From the IMG/VR virus record IMGVR_UViG_2744054854_000007: a stretch of 44,225 nt of DNA; one strand, written 5' to 3'. Positions 1 through 8,698 of this stretch are shown one piece after another (within the stretch, counting starts at the first letter, position 1; the number at the start of each line of letters is the position of its first letter). A program made the position numbers and the translations under genes. This stretch comes from a virus. Taxonomy: Duplodnaviria; Heunggongvirae; Uroviricota; Caudoviricetes. The notes beneath the pieces are model-generated. The model made no database searches, was not told the DNA's origin, and saw nothing but the letters and a program-made list of their open reading frames with translations.

Positions 1-549
1 TCAGCTAGCTGGAAACTTTTTATACAGAGTTGAGAGCCCTACTCCATACGTTTTTGATACGCTTTGTCGTGATTCACCGGTTGCCATCCGCTCCCCCATT
101 TCCCGCCATTGCTCATCCGTGAACTTAGGCCTGCGACCACCAACTCGCCCTTTTGCCCTGGCTACGGCCAGCCCTGCTAAGGTACGTTCGCTATTAAGAT
201 CAGATTCATATTGTGCTGCGGAAAGGATGTTACGAAAGTTATAGCGGCCGCTGGCTGTTTTGAGATCCACGCCATCGGTAATACTGCGGAAGTTGATACC
301 CTTTTCCTGTAACTGCTGGAACATCAACAGCGCATGCAGAACGTTGCGGCCTATCCTGTCCAGCTTCCAGACCACCAGTTCATCCCCCGGCTGCATAGTG
401 GCGATGAGCCGTTTTAGAACCGGCCGATTCGATTTCCTCCCGCTGGCATGCTCTTCAAAAATTTTCTCACAACCCGCTGACTTGAGCGCCGTTAGTTGCA
501 ATTCAGTGTCCTGGTGGTTTGTTGATACTCGGGCATAACCGTAAATCAT
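1..549 (-). CDS. pin: Serine recombinase, DNA invertase of the Hin/Gin/Cin/Pin family
   Basis: Internal ATG at 549 of the 240-aa track ORF, preceded by GGAGA SD; product MIYGYARVST...VWKLDRIGRN...C-terminal HTH GVGLSTLYKKFP aligns by eye along its length with Hin; stop at 1-3. Confidence 0.9.
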   Translation of the reverse strand: MIYGYARVSTNHQDTELQLTALKSAGCEKIFEEHASGRKSNRPVLKRLIATMQPGDELVVWKLDRIGRNVLHALLMFQQLQEKGINFRSITDGVDLKTASGRYNFRNILSAAQYESDLNSERTLAGLAVARAKGRVGGRRPKFTDEQWREMGERMATGESRQSVSKTYGVGLSTLYKKFPAS

Positions 550-608
550 GGGATTTCTCCTGTTATGAAAACAGGAGAAACGGCGAAGCATCACCAGATT
601 TTTGATGG

Positions 609-634
609 TTATAAAAAAGGTTGGTTTGGGAGAA
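609..634. other. hix/gix-like recombination (crossover) site, left; core TT at 621-622
   Basis: TTATAAAAAAGG-TT-GGTTTGGGAGAA; outer half-site resembles hixL half TTATCAAAAACC (remembered consensus); inner half identical to inner half of right site. Confidence 0.7.
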
Positions 635-678
635 GGCTCTGCATTACCTGTTGGTGTGCCTGTTCCGTGGCCTTCAGC
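623..678. repeat. Inverted repeat (left copy) flanking the invertible tail-fibre segment
   Basis: About 56 bp reverse-complementary to 2729-2784 with one mismatch (T at 649 vs C); encodes the shared LGLGEGSALPVGVPVPWPSA block. Confidence 0.85.
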
Positions 679-1141
679 AACACCACCAACGGGATGGCTT
701 AAGTGCAACGGTGCACCGTTCACAGCATCCGAGTATCCAAAACTGGCACAGGCCTACCCGTCGCTTAAACTTCCAGATCTGCGCGGGGAGTTTATTCGTG
801 GATGGGATGACGGGCGAGGGATTGATGCAAGCCGCTCAATTATGAGTCAGCAGCAGGGTAGTTTGATGTCTATTTCTGTCTCAGCCAATACAAACGATGA
901 CAGAATTACTGTAATTCATGTCTATAACCCGCCGAGAGATTATGACGCTTTAATCAGCGGTGTAGGTATGGATTCAATGGCTGGTTATCATAAGGCATTT
1001 GATATCAGTAGTTTAGCATCCACTCTATCAACTCCAGACTTGACATCGCCTTTAGGTATGACTATCGCCGGACAGTTCGCTGTTGGCGGCGTGTCAAGAC
1101 CGCGCAACGTCGCATTTAACTACATCGTGAGGGCCGCATAA
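623..1141 (+). CDS. Alternative tail-fibre C-terminal segment (Sv'), not fused to the constant N-terminus in this orientation
   Basis: Track ORF 602-1141 begins with TTG/ATG inside the left recombination site; reading frame through the inverted repeat matches that of the active fibre; C-terminus RPRNVAFNYIVRAA conserved with active copy. Confidence 0.7.
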   Translation, partial: GLGEGSALPVGVPVPWPSATPPTGWLKCNGAPFTASEYPKLAQAYPSLKLPDLRGEFIRGWDDGRGIDASRSIMSQQQGSLMSISVSANTNDDRITVIHVYNPPRDYDALISGVGMDSMAGYHKAFDISSLASTLSTPDLTSPLGMTIAGQFAVGGVSRPRNVAFNYIVRAA

Positions 1142-1740
1142 TGGCGCAAGCTAAGCTAAATAGTAAATTTATCGCTACCGTGGCTGGGGATATCATCGTC
1201 TATAACTACAACGGTGAGACCCGTGAATATCAGTCCTCATCCGTTGAGTATCTTGCCGTAGGTGTTGGTATTCCAGCCTTATCCTGTATTGATGCGCCAG
1301 GAGAGCAAAAGGATGGTTTTGCCATTTGCCGTACATCAGATTTTAGCGCGTGGGAATATGTTCCCGATCATCGTGGTGAAACTATCTATAGCACCAAAAC
1401 TGGTGAAGCGTTTGTTGTCTCTTTGCCAGGTAACTACCCAAAAGAAACCACGACGCTGGCCCCTGCTACGCCATACGATACGTGGAACGGCAGCGAGTGG
1501 ATAACCGACACAAAAGAGAAACATGCTGCGGATGTGGTAAAGGCTGAACAGCAGAAAACCGCATTACTGGCGGAAGCGTCTGCAATCATCGCGCCATTGG
1601 CTGATGCTCAGGCTGGAGGCTACATCGACGATGCAGACGTGTCACGCCTGGCTGAGTGGCAACGGTACCGCTATAAACTGACTAAGGTTGATACCAGTAC
1701 CGCGCCAGACATTACTCTTCCACCGAAGCCGGAGGTTTAG
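1141..1740 (+). CDS. Tail-fibre assembly protein (alternative copy, Tfa')
   Basis: 199 aa, paralogous to the minus-strand copy (shared GETREY..SSSVEYLA.GVGIPALSCIDAPGE..GFAICRT..DTWNGSEW); start overlaps Sv' stop (TAATG). Confidence 0.8.
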   Translation: MAQAKLNSKFIATVAGDIIVYNYNGETREYQSSSVEYLAVGVGIPALSCIDAPGEQKDGFAICRTSDFSAWEYVPDHRGETIYSTKTGEAFVVSLPGNYPKETTTLAPATPYDTWNGSEWITDTKEKHAADVVKAEQQKTALLAEASAIIAPLADAQAGGYIDDADVSRLAEWQRYRYKLTKVDTSTAPDITLPPKPEV

Positions 1741-2323
1741 GCCATTTGATATTTGGTGCAGCGTCAGGGACGACAGCCTGCAATTCTTTTATGTAGGTCA
1801 GCCAGAGTATTAGGCTGGCCTTATCTTCATCACTGATAATCCCTAACTGTAGCTCCGTCTGCCACAGGCTGATCGTTGCATGTGCTTCAACTAAGAAAGC
1901 TGATTTTTGCTTTTCTGCAGCCTCTACGTCTGCGGTGTGTTGCTCGTCGATATTCGTAACCCACTCGCTGCCGTTCCACGTATCGTATGGCGTTAAAGGG
2001 GCTTGTGTCGTCGTATCTTTCGGATAATCACCCGGCTGGGAAATCGTGACTCGCTCACCTGTCTTCGTACTGTATACGGTTTCTCCGCGATGATCGGCGA
2101 GATACTCCCATGCGCTTAAGTCAAAGGTGCGACAAATGGCAAAGCCTTCTTTAACTTCTCCAGGAGCATCAATACATGATAAGGCTGGAATTCCTACACC
2201 TGCCGCCAAATACTCAACGGATGAAGAAAGATATTCACGGGTCTCACCATCGTAGTTAAACACCGTTATATCACCGGCCACTGTAGCAATATGCTCATTG
2301 TTTAATTTTGCCTTCGCCATCAT
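1712..2323 (-). CDS. Tail-fibre assembly protein (copy in expressed orientation)
   Basis: 203 aa; ATGA start/stop overlap with tail-fibre gene; converges on and overlaps the 3' end of the plus-strand paralog by 29 bp. Confidence 0.85.
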   Translation of the reverse strand: MMAKAKLNNEHIATVAGDITVFNYDGETREYLSSSVEYLAAGVGIPALSCIDAPGEVKEGFAICRTFDLSAWEYLADHRGETVYSTKTGERVTISQPGDYPKDTTTQAPLTPYDTWNGSEWVTNIDEQHTADVEAAEKQKSAFLVEAHATISLWQTELQLGIISDEDKASLILWLTYIKELQAVVPDAAPNIKWPKPPASVEE

Positions 2324-3069
2324 GCGGCCCTCACAATATAATTAAAGGCGATGTTACGTGGACGGTTTTCATTAGCTGTTGGCACGACACGAGAGGCGTC
2401 GAATCCAAGGTCATCGGTTTTGTCTATAGTAGTTGTGTTATTCGGCATTCTCGCTGATCGTGTTCCTGCATCGTAAAAAGCCCCTCTGATTGCATCAAAA
2501 GACATACCGATCCCGCCATCTGCGAATCCCTCAATATTTCTTATTGCATCCCCCTGTGAAGATAATAATTGTCGCCCGGCATCCACTCTACGTCCGTCAT
2601 CCCAGCCACGAATAAATTCACCGCGTAAATCAGGCAATTTATTTGTCGGGTAAGCCTTTGCCAGTTCCGGGAATTCTTCAGCAGAAAAAGCCGCACCATT
2701 GCATTTCAGCCAGCCTGTTGGCGGAGTGGCTGAAGGCCACGGAACAGGCACACCAACGGGTAATGCAGAGCCTTCTCCCAAACCAAGGTTTGTGAGAGCC
2801 GTAGAAATCGCCGCTGCACCATCTGATTTGATATCGGCAAATGGGTTTGCACGGCTCAGTGTGAGTTTTTGAATGGCTTTTAAAACCTGAGTCATATCGT
2901 TAATGTCGAGCGCCAATCCTGCTGACTCTACGATATGCGCTAACTCTTCCTGCATGGCATTAAACGCTGCTGCCCGCAGCCTCGTTGCGGCAATACCACC
3001 AGCAACACTTCCATCAGTATATTTGCCATCCTGCGTTGCAGTGGCTTCGACTTGCCCGATTCGGAGCAT
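2320..3069 (-). CDS. Tail fibre protein (constant N-terminus + variable C-terminus in current orientation)
   Basis: 249 aa; GAGGA SD before ATG 3069; N-terminal ~95 aa lie outside the invertible segment, C-terminus inside; short fibre like the e14 stf genes (remembered). Confidence 0.85.
   Translation of the reverse strand: MLRIGQVEATATQDGKYTDGSVAGGIAATRLRAAAFNAMQEELAHIVESAGLALDINDMTQVLKAIQKLTLSRANPFADIKSDGAAAISTALTNLGLGEGSALPVGVPVPWPSATPPTGWLKCNGAAFSAEEFPELAKAYPTNKLPDLRGEFIRGWDDGRRVDAGRQLLSSQGDAIRNIEGFADGGIGMSFDAIRGAFYDAGTRSARMPNNTTTIDKTDDLGFDASRVVPTANENRPRNIAFNYIVRAA
2729..2784. repeat. Inverted repeat (right copy) flanking the invertible segment
   Basis: Reverse complement of 623-678 with one mismatch. 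Confidence 0.85.
2773..2798. other. hix/gix-like recombination (crossover) site, right; core AA at 2785-2786
   Basis: TTCTCCCAAACC-AA-GGTTTGTGAGAG; about 19 of 26 positions match remembered hixL TTCTTGAAAACCAAGGTTTTTGATAA. Confidence 0.7.
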
Positions 3070-3120
3070 AGTTAATCCTCACTTAGTGTTAAGCGATAAA
3101 ATCAGAGGGGGAAATATCAG

Positions 3121-3714
3121 TTATGAATAATTGAAAATGATGTTCAGATGGGATGGGGCAATTTTGTTGATTGAACACTCCAGTTGTTTATTGCCCCACG
3201 ATGCGAGCGGATCTCCGCAGTAGGACGCGCCAGCAAGCGAATACTTGATCGTTGTTTGTGGCGCATTTATCCGCCAGGTAAATGGCCACTCGTCACCGTT
3301 AAGCGCATCACCGCATACTGACATGCCACTCATAGCGGGCCGGAACTGTGTGATAGTGATGGTATAACCAAGAGCTGCAGCCACCCGGATGTAATAATCG
3401 CGGTTCAGGCCGCCGGTGCTGATTAACTTTGCCACCACGGCGCGCTGGCGATCGCTGACGCCACCGGATTCACCAATCGCACAATCATCTGGTAACCCCA
3501 GAGAGCTTTCCCATTCTGACAACATTACCGTCGCTGTAGGGGGAAAAGCACCAGTAATCAGGCTTTGCGCATCGTTGTCAGAACGCTGAAACGCGCTGCC
3601 CAGTGCCCGTAATACCGCAGCCTGTACCGTTCTTTGCGACCGGGGCCACGCCCTGCCCGTCGGTAGCAGCGCACCAAGCGCACCGGCATAATCATTTTTT
3701 GAAAAGAGGCTCAT
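3121..3714 (-). CDS. Baseplate/tail protein, Mu gp48 (YmfQ, DUF2313)-like
   Basis: 197 aa; position immediately upstream of the tail fibre; family assigned from memory. Confidence 0.7.
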   Translation of the reverse strand: MSLFSKNDYAGALGALLPTGRAWPRSQRTVQAAVLRALGSAFQRSDNDAQSLITGAFPPTATVMLSEWESSLGLPDDCAIGESGGVSDRQRAVVAKLISTGGLNRDYYIRVAAALGYTITITQFRPAMSGMSVCGDALNGDEWPFTWRINAPQTTIKYSLAGASYCGDPLASWGNKQLECSINKIAPSHLNIIFNYS

Positions 3715-4853
3715 ACAAAATTCACCCCGCCAAGCACCGGAATTTCGCCAACAGCAAAGGTGATATTGGCCGTCGGAGAGTTAAGAATATAGCCCGTCGT
3801 GCCGCTAACACCGCCGATACTCCCGTTAATATCAGAGAGGTAAACTTTCCCGGAACCATCAGGGTTAGCTTCATCAAAAAACAGCGCCGTCAGCGCGTCT
3901 TTTATCCCCTGAACTGTGGTGCTGTCGGCATTTTTGATCCCAGAGATTTCAATATTGATGACTTTCTTGATCGGGGAACATACGAAAACAATGGCAGTGT
4001 CTGTCTGCTGCGGATAGATGTGGTCGGCGACAGCGAGCTGGTCTCCGGTGGCTTTAACAGCCCCCCAGTCCTCAAGTTGGGATATTCCGTCGGTACCGAC
4101 CGGAAACCCACCATTGTCATTCCGATCACACATGATATACACGCCAACGGTCCCGGCCCCGTTCAGACGCCGCTTTACCCACGCGCGGGTGACGCCCGAA
4201 ACCTCAAGCGCCCATTTTTTATAATCGGCGTCGCTTCCACCCTGAGGCGGATTCTGCCATGCCAGCAAGCCACGACTGCGAAAATCCTCTTCCGTTTCAA
4301 TATCGGCTCCGCCGGTCGCAGCGGACAGTAACGTTACCTGTGGATCCACGCCAGCAATATTCGCGTCCAGGGTCATTATGGTCCCGGCATCAGCGTTACC
4401 GCGCGCGCCTCCACCCGTTACATCACTGGTAATATCCGGCAGTATGGCCGTCACCGCGACGATACCAAATCCATCTGCCTGAATTTTAAGATCTGCATCC
4501 GTCCGGTACTGGTATCCGTCCCCGCGGTTAATGATCGAGCCAACAGGGATAATACAGTCAACACTGCCACTAGCCTGTACCGCAGGCGACTTCGCCGCTG
4601 CAGCTGGTTTTCTGAATACCTGCTTAAGGGCCATCCACCCGGCGAGATACTCATCGGTAGAGGTAAACGGGTTTGTCTGCAGGGCAATATAGTCAAGGTA
4701 GGCGTAATGCAGATGCCCCATCCCCGCATCCATGTCAGCCAGTACCTTCAGGTTCGCGAAGCGCAGGAGCGCACCAACATCCTCAAGCTCCGCCTGCATA
4801 AATTTCCGGTTTCCGTCGCGGAGTTCGCTCAGCGTCGGTCGTTTAAACGGCAT
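3711..4853 (-). CDS. Baseplate J-like protein (Mu gp47-like)
   Basis: Start taken at internal ATG 4853 (MPFKRPTLSEL), 1 nt after upstream stop; 380 aa; synteny in Mu-like baseplate cluster. Confidence 0.75.
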   Translation of the reverse strand: MPFKRPTLSELRDGNRKFMQAELEDVGALLRFANLKVLADMDAGMGHLHYAYLDYIALQTNPFTSTDEYLAGWMALKQVFRKPAAAAKSPAVQASGSVDCIIPVGSIINRGDGYQYRTDADLKIQADGFGIVAVTAILPDITSDVTGGGARGNADAGTIMTLDANIAGVDPQVTLLSAATGGADIETEEDFRSRGLLAWQNPPQGGSDADYKKWALEVSGVTRAWVKRRLNGAGTVGVYIMCDRNDNGGFPVGTDGISQLEDWGAVKATGDQLAVADHIYPQQTDTAIVFVCSPIKKVINIEISGIKNADSTTVQGIKDALTALFFDEANPDGSGKVYLSDINGSIGGVSGTTGYILNSPTANITFAVGEIPVLGGVNFV

Positions 4854-4854
4854 A

Positions 4855-5292
4855 TTAACGTTGCTCCCATATCCAGTAAAACCTGAATTCCTGCCAGTCC
4901 TTCCCCGGTGCCTGATAGCGGATAATGAGATTGAGCCGGTCAGGCAGGACGATCCTTGCAACAGGAATAACCTCGCTGACAACGCCATCAACCTTTAACC
5001 AGTTGAGCGCTTCACTCGAGTATTCCTCCGCTTTTTTTGCTACATCCGGGGTCAGTTTTTTCCGCCGTAGCAGCCACAGCCGGGATCCCAGTTGGGATTC
5101 CTCCCCGGAATCCCCCCACCAGCCGCGGCGATCGCTATCCTCATAATCATCGTCAGCGCGCGCCAGCCTGTCGGTAAACAGGCTGTCCAGTATTGCAGTC
5201 TGTAAATCGTTCCCCGTGGTGAGTTCACCCAGCCCTTTCTGCCAGTCAGCAAACATCTCATCCACATTCCAGAATGAAGCGATGTCACTCAT
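4855..5292 (-). CDS. Baseplate protein, Mu gp46-like
   Basis: 145 aa; synteny between gp45-like and J-like genes. Confidence 0.65.
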   Translation of the reverse strand: MSDIASFWNVDEMFADWQKGLGELTTGNDLQTAILDSLFTDRLARADDDYEDSDRRGWWGDSGEESQLGSRLWLLRRKKLTPDVAKKAEEYSSEALNWLKVDGVVSEVIPVARIVLPDRLNLIIRYQAPGKDWQEFRFYWIWEQR

Positions 5293-5873
5293 GTCACCTG
5301 ATCCTCTGTTTTTTGGCTGCGGATATTGTCATTGCCACTCTGGGCATTTTTAACCACATGATCATGGTCATTATGTGCATCCCGCAGCTCTTTCAGTGTT
5401 CGGGTATTGGTTTCACAGTTATCAACAATGTCACCCGTGCACCTCAGGATCGGGGTATTTGCAAGGATCCCCTGGCTGGCATTGATGGTCACGTTAGTGG
5501 CGTTATTGACCTCAACATTCTGGCCCTTTGCATCCAGGAAGATCCCCTTCTCCGTCAGGAGAATATTAAGGCCCCACTGGTTATACATGACCGTTTCGCC
5601 CGCTTTCAGGCCTGTATGACGGAACCCCTGATGGTTGGACGCAATTACCACCGCGCTGGAACGATCACCGCCAATAAAAGCCAGAACCACGTCAGTCCCT
5701 GACGGCAGGCCGGATGAAAAGCCAAATTCTGCCATCCGCGGAGCGCTGGCCACCTCCAGCGGAGTCTGGTACTGGATAGACTGCACCACCCCACCATCTT
5801 TCATAGCCGTGATCCGGCCAATCCCCAGCATGCCGGCGATCCTGGTCGCTGCATGTTTAAATAGTTGCTTCAT
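5289..5873 (-). CDS. Baseplate assembly/spike protein (Mu gp45-like, gpV family)
   Basis: 194 aa; ATGA overlap with neighbours; synteny. Confidence 0.65.
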   Translation of the reverse strand: MKQLFKHAATRIAGMLGIGRITAMKDGGVVQSIQYQTPLEVASAPRMAEFGFSSGLPSGTDVVLAFIGGDRSSAVVIASNHQGFRHTGLKAGETVMYNQWGLNILLTEKGIFLDAKGQNVEVNNATNVTINASQGILANTPILRCTGDIVDNCETNTRTLKELRDAHNDHDHVVKNAQSGNDNIRSQKTEDQVT

Positions 5874-6955
5874 GTATTGAATCCCGCCAGGTTCTGGTAG
5901 AAGGCATATGGCTGAACGGAGAATGCTTCAGGCGGCATCAGCGTCATGCGTGCATGGGTGCCGTAGTCATCGCGCATATAGGTGACTTCTGCCAGTAGCA
6001 ATTCAGTCTTCGGCAACCGTAAGGTGGGAAGATCAACGGGGATCAATGTGTTTGGTTCCCACAGTTTCCCGTCTTTATCCCGCCAGGAATCGATGGTTAC
6101 CGAGAGCTGTTTTGAACGTCCGTACCGCCGGTTCATTTCCCAGTCGATCGCACTTTGTGCCTGTTGAGTAGCCATCAGGGTACTTTCCACAATCGATATA
6201 TGTTTTCGGTACCGCATGCGGGCGGCCTCCGGATCTCTCGCCGTTGCCAGAGTCACAGCGTCATAGGCCGTATCAGGCGAATACCCTGCAATTGGAGAAA
6301 CGCTCATTGATACACCGACATAATCTGAAAACCTGTCAGCCATCGATTTGCGGTAGTATGCCTGCTCGACATTTACCCCTTCGGCTATCCCACTTGCCGC
6401 ACGACGTGTTCCCACCCGGGTCAGTAACAGGTTTCCATCGGGCTGATCGTAGTAAAGCAGAGCAGACCATCTGGCCACCCGATCGATGACTTCTTGCGGA
6501 GACTCACCCCAGTTCAGAGTGAACTGGGGTACCTTCACAAGTTCATCAACATCCGTGGTTACGGTGATGCCGTAGTAGGATGCCAGGCGAGAAGCAATTT
6601 CAAGCGCATTACTGGCATTGATGACGTTGTTAGGCCACTCGGCTGAGCAATCCACCAGGTCCTGACATTTGCTCCTGCCCGTGGCGCGGACCTCATGGCG
6701 GGAGCGCGATAGTGCGGGTTCCCAGTCATCAACATATCCCGTCAGTGTCAGATCATCTCCGATACGAACTTCACAAGACATTCCCTCTTCAACGAGTTGA
6801 CGATCTTCGTTGCCAGGGAAGTAATCCATTAGCCCAAGATCGAAATCAGAGGGAAAACGCTCAATACCCCGCGTTACCCGGACAGAATCCCACCCCTCGA
6901 TGATTTTGCCGTCGACCGTCAAAGAAACAACATCCAGATCGCTGTCTGCATTCAT
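5870..6955 (-). CDS. Baseplate hub protein (Mu gp44/P-like)
   Basis: 361 aa; ATGA overlap with upstream gene; synteny. Confidence 0.65.
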   Translation of the reverse strand: MNADSDLDVVSLTVDGKIIEGWDSVRVTRGIERFPSDFDLGLMDYFPGNEDRQLVEEGMSCEVRIGDDLTLTGYVDDWEPALSRSRHEVRATGRSKCQDLVDCSAEWPNNVINASNALEIASRLASYYGITVTTDVDELVKVPQFTLNWGESPQEVIDRVARWSALLYYDQPDGNLLLTRVGTRRAASGIAEGVNVEQAYYRKSMADRFSDYVGVSMSVSPIAGYSPDTAYDAVTLATARDPEAARMRYRKHISIVESTLMATQQAQSAIDWEMNRRYGRSKQLSVTIDSWRDKDGKLWEPNTLIPVDLPTLRLPKTELLLAEVTYMRDDYGTHARMTLMPPEAFSVQPYAFYQNLAGFNT

Positions 6956-8355
6956 TGCCTCAGTACCTTCATGGTTGTCGGCATAAACGCCGGATGCGGT
7001 ACGCGCGCTTCCTGTACCAGTTCATCTGCACGGGTGGCATCCTGGTATAATCGGTTTGCCAGCGTCAGCGCCGGAAGCGGCTGAGCGGTAGTAACCTGCA
7101 GAAGCTCGCTCAGACCAGAAGCACGCTCACTCATCGTAGAAAGGAATGCCGATCTGACGGCGAGAAGCGCGTTATACATATCATCGTCTGCGCGGTCTCC
7201 AGCCAGAACCAGCGCCGTATCAAGTTGCACAGAAACTCGTTGAGTTAACTCTTCTGCCTCGTCTGTACTGGCTGGTCTGGAGTCCGCAGCGGCACTGGTC
7301 ATGGCACCAGTACATAGCACAACAATCAGCGTGTTCATGGTCGCCGAAATCGCTTTGCTGCTGTCGGACTGCTGGTACTCCGTGCTGATTGAATTAGCCA
7401 GTTTTTCCAGCGCTGTGATTCGGTCATTAACGCTGCCGGCGCTGTTAAGAATTGCGTTTACCACGTCGGCGACGCCCTGGACAAACTCATCAGGTGTGTT
7501 GGAGCTGCTAAGCTGGCTCGACCTGTCGGTAACATTTTTCCGGTCCATTACCGACTGGGCTGTTACCTTGTCAGCCAGTGCTCTCTCATCATCCACATCA
7601 GCAACTGACGATTTGCCAGCAACAGCAGAGGAACTACCGCCCACAGAGCCTTTACTGTAACGTCCGTACCGGGTATTCCCGAACGTGGAGTTCAGGACAT
7701 TGCTGAGATTCGTGACCTGACTGATGGTGCTGTCAACCATGTTAGTCCAGAACGTGACCGTGCCTCTGATGGTGTTTATAGCCTGTGTGACACCGCGGAT
7801 TTCACTCTTAACTCTGGCAATCGTGCTCAGCACAGCAGTGCTGACCAGTTTCAGATAGTTGGTTTTCACCGTGGCGCCTGCAACGGTACTGCCCGTGACA
7901 GCAAACACTTTAAGCCCTGATTCAATTGCCATCAGGGTAAATTCAAATACTCGCCCGTTCTCCATCGAACCGGAAATACGCAAACCATTCTCAGGGATGG
8001 AAACCGTTAATTCGCCCAGTGTCGGATGGACAAGCGTACCGCTACCTTTTTGTTCACAGGCTTCAATCAGTGACTGGCGCTGCGTGATAGCATCGCCGCC
8101 GCCGTAAACCTGGCTGTTCTGGATCAAGAAACCGCGAATAACAAATCGCCGTGTTGCCCGCCCGATATCCTCTATCCAGGCTGTATCACGGTAGGGATAT
8201 TCATGTACCGCCTGGCGTCGGCCGTGGCTCCCTTCCTCAGCAACAATTGCAAATGGCACACCTCTGAATGAGCTGGGCCGTAACTGCCCCTGCCAGTCAT
8301 CGCTGGTATCTCCCCCCAAAAGAGAAGTTATTGCGTCCTGGATAATTGACGGCAT
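6952..8355 (-). CDS. DNA circularisation protein N-like (Mu gp43-like)
   Basis: ATG at 8355 with GGAGG SD (track ORF starts one codon earlier at GTG); N-terminal ...SSFRGVPFAIV... resembles Mu N N-terminus (memory). Confidence 0.7.
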   Translation of the reverse strand: MPSIIQDAITSLLGGDTSDDWQGQLRPSSFRGVPFAIVAEEGSHGRRQAVHEYPYRDTAWIEDIGRATRRFVIRGFLIQNSQVYGGGDAITQRQSLIEACEQKGSGTLVHPTLGELTVSIPENGLRISGSMENGRVFEFTLMAIESGLKVFAVTGSTVAGATVKTNYLKLVSTAVLSTIARVKSEIRGVTQAINTIRGTVTFWTNMVDSTISQVTNLSNVLNSTFGNTRYGRYSKGSVGGSSSAVAGKSSVADVDDERALADKVTAQSVMDRKNVTDRSSQLSSSNTPDEFVQGVADVVNAILNSAGSVNDRITALEKLANSISTEYQQSDSSKAISATMNTLIVVLCTGAMTSAAADSRPASTDEAEELTQRVSVQLDTALVLAGDRADDDMYNALLAVRSAFLSTMSERASGLSELLQVTTAQPLPALTLANRLYQDATRADELVQEARVPHPAFMPTTMKVLRQ

Positions 8356-8367
8356 CACGCCTCCGGA

Positions 8368-8396
8368 AATAAAAAAACCGCCATGTCGGCGGTTTA
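8368..8396 (-). terminator. Rho-independent terminator-like hairpin (minus strand)
   Basis: 7-bp GC-rich stem AACCGCC/GGCGGTT with 5-nt loop followed on the minus strand by TTTTTTTATTT; sits just upstream of the N-like gene SD. Confidence 0.55.
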
Positions 8397-8418
8397 CATA
8401 TGCACTGAAATGACTTAT

Positions 8419-8565
8419 CTATTTATCGCTGGATCCATTACGGTCAAGAGATTCGGCGATCCTGTAAAGATGCTCAGTCGCCTTGAATGAGTTCATTAGG
8501 AACTCATAAAGCACACGTAAAAGCAATGCACTTACCACCGATATCGTAATCGCCGTGAAATTCAT
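8419..8565 (-). CDS. Possible small hydrophobic peptide (48 aa), not in ORF track
   Basis: ATG..TAG ORF MNFTAITISVVSALLLRVLYEFL... in the 340-bp gap between tape measure and N-like gene; no clear SD noted; speculative. Confidence 0.25.
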   Translation of the reverse strand: MNFTAITISVVSALLLRVLYEFLMNSFKATEHLYRIAESLDRNGSSDK

Positions 8566-8698
8566 TGAGACAACAGAAAAAACGAGGAAAATGCCAATTA
8601 CCAGGTAAACAAGCGCAAAAACCTTTGGAGTCTAAATGGCTTTTGCTCCAAAAACTTTTTCATTCATAACTTCTTCCTTAACGAAATGACGACAGTGA

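Larger units (their letters stand above)
623..2784. other. Invertible DNA segment (G-segment/P-region analog) carrying two alternative tail-fibre C-termini and two tail-fibre assembly genes
   Basis: Bounded by inverted repeats and hix-like sites; adjacent invertase gene; mirror-image gene pairs converge at 1712-1740. Confidence 0.8.

Noticed and set aside
260-538. Plus-strand 92-aa track ORF inside the invertase gene
   Set aside because: Antisense to the strongly supported invertase; no start context
3603-4331. Plus-strand 242-aa track ORF opposite the baseplate J-like gene
   Set aside because: Antisense to a syntenic structural gene that is translationally coupled to its neighbours; no independent support
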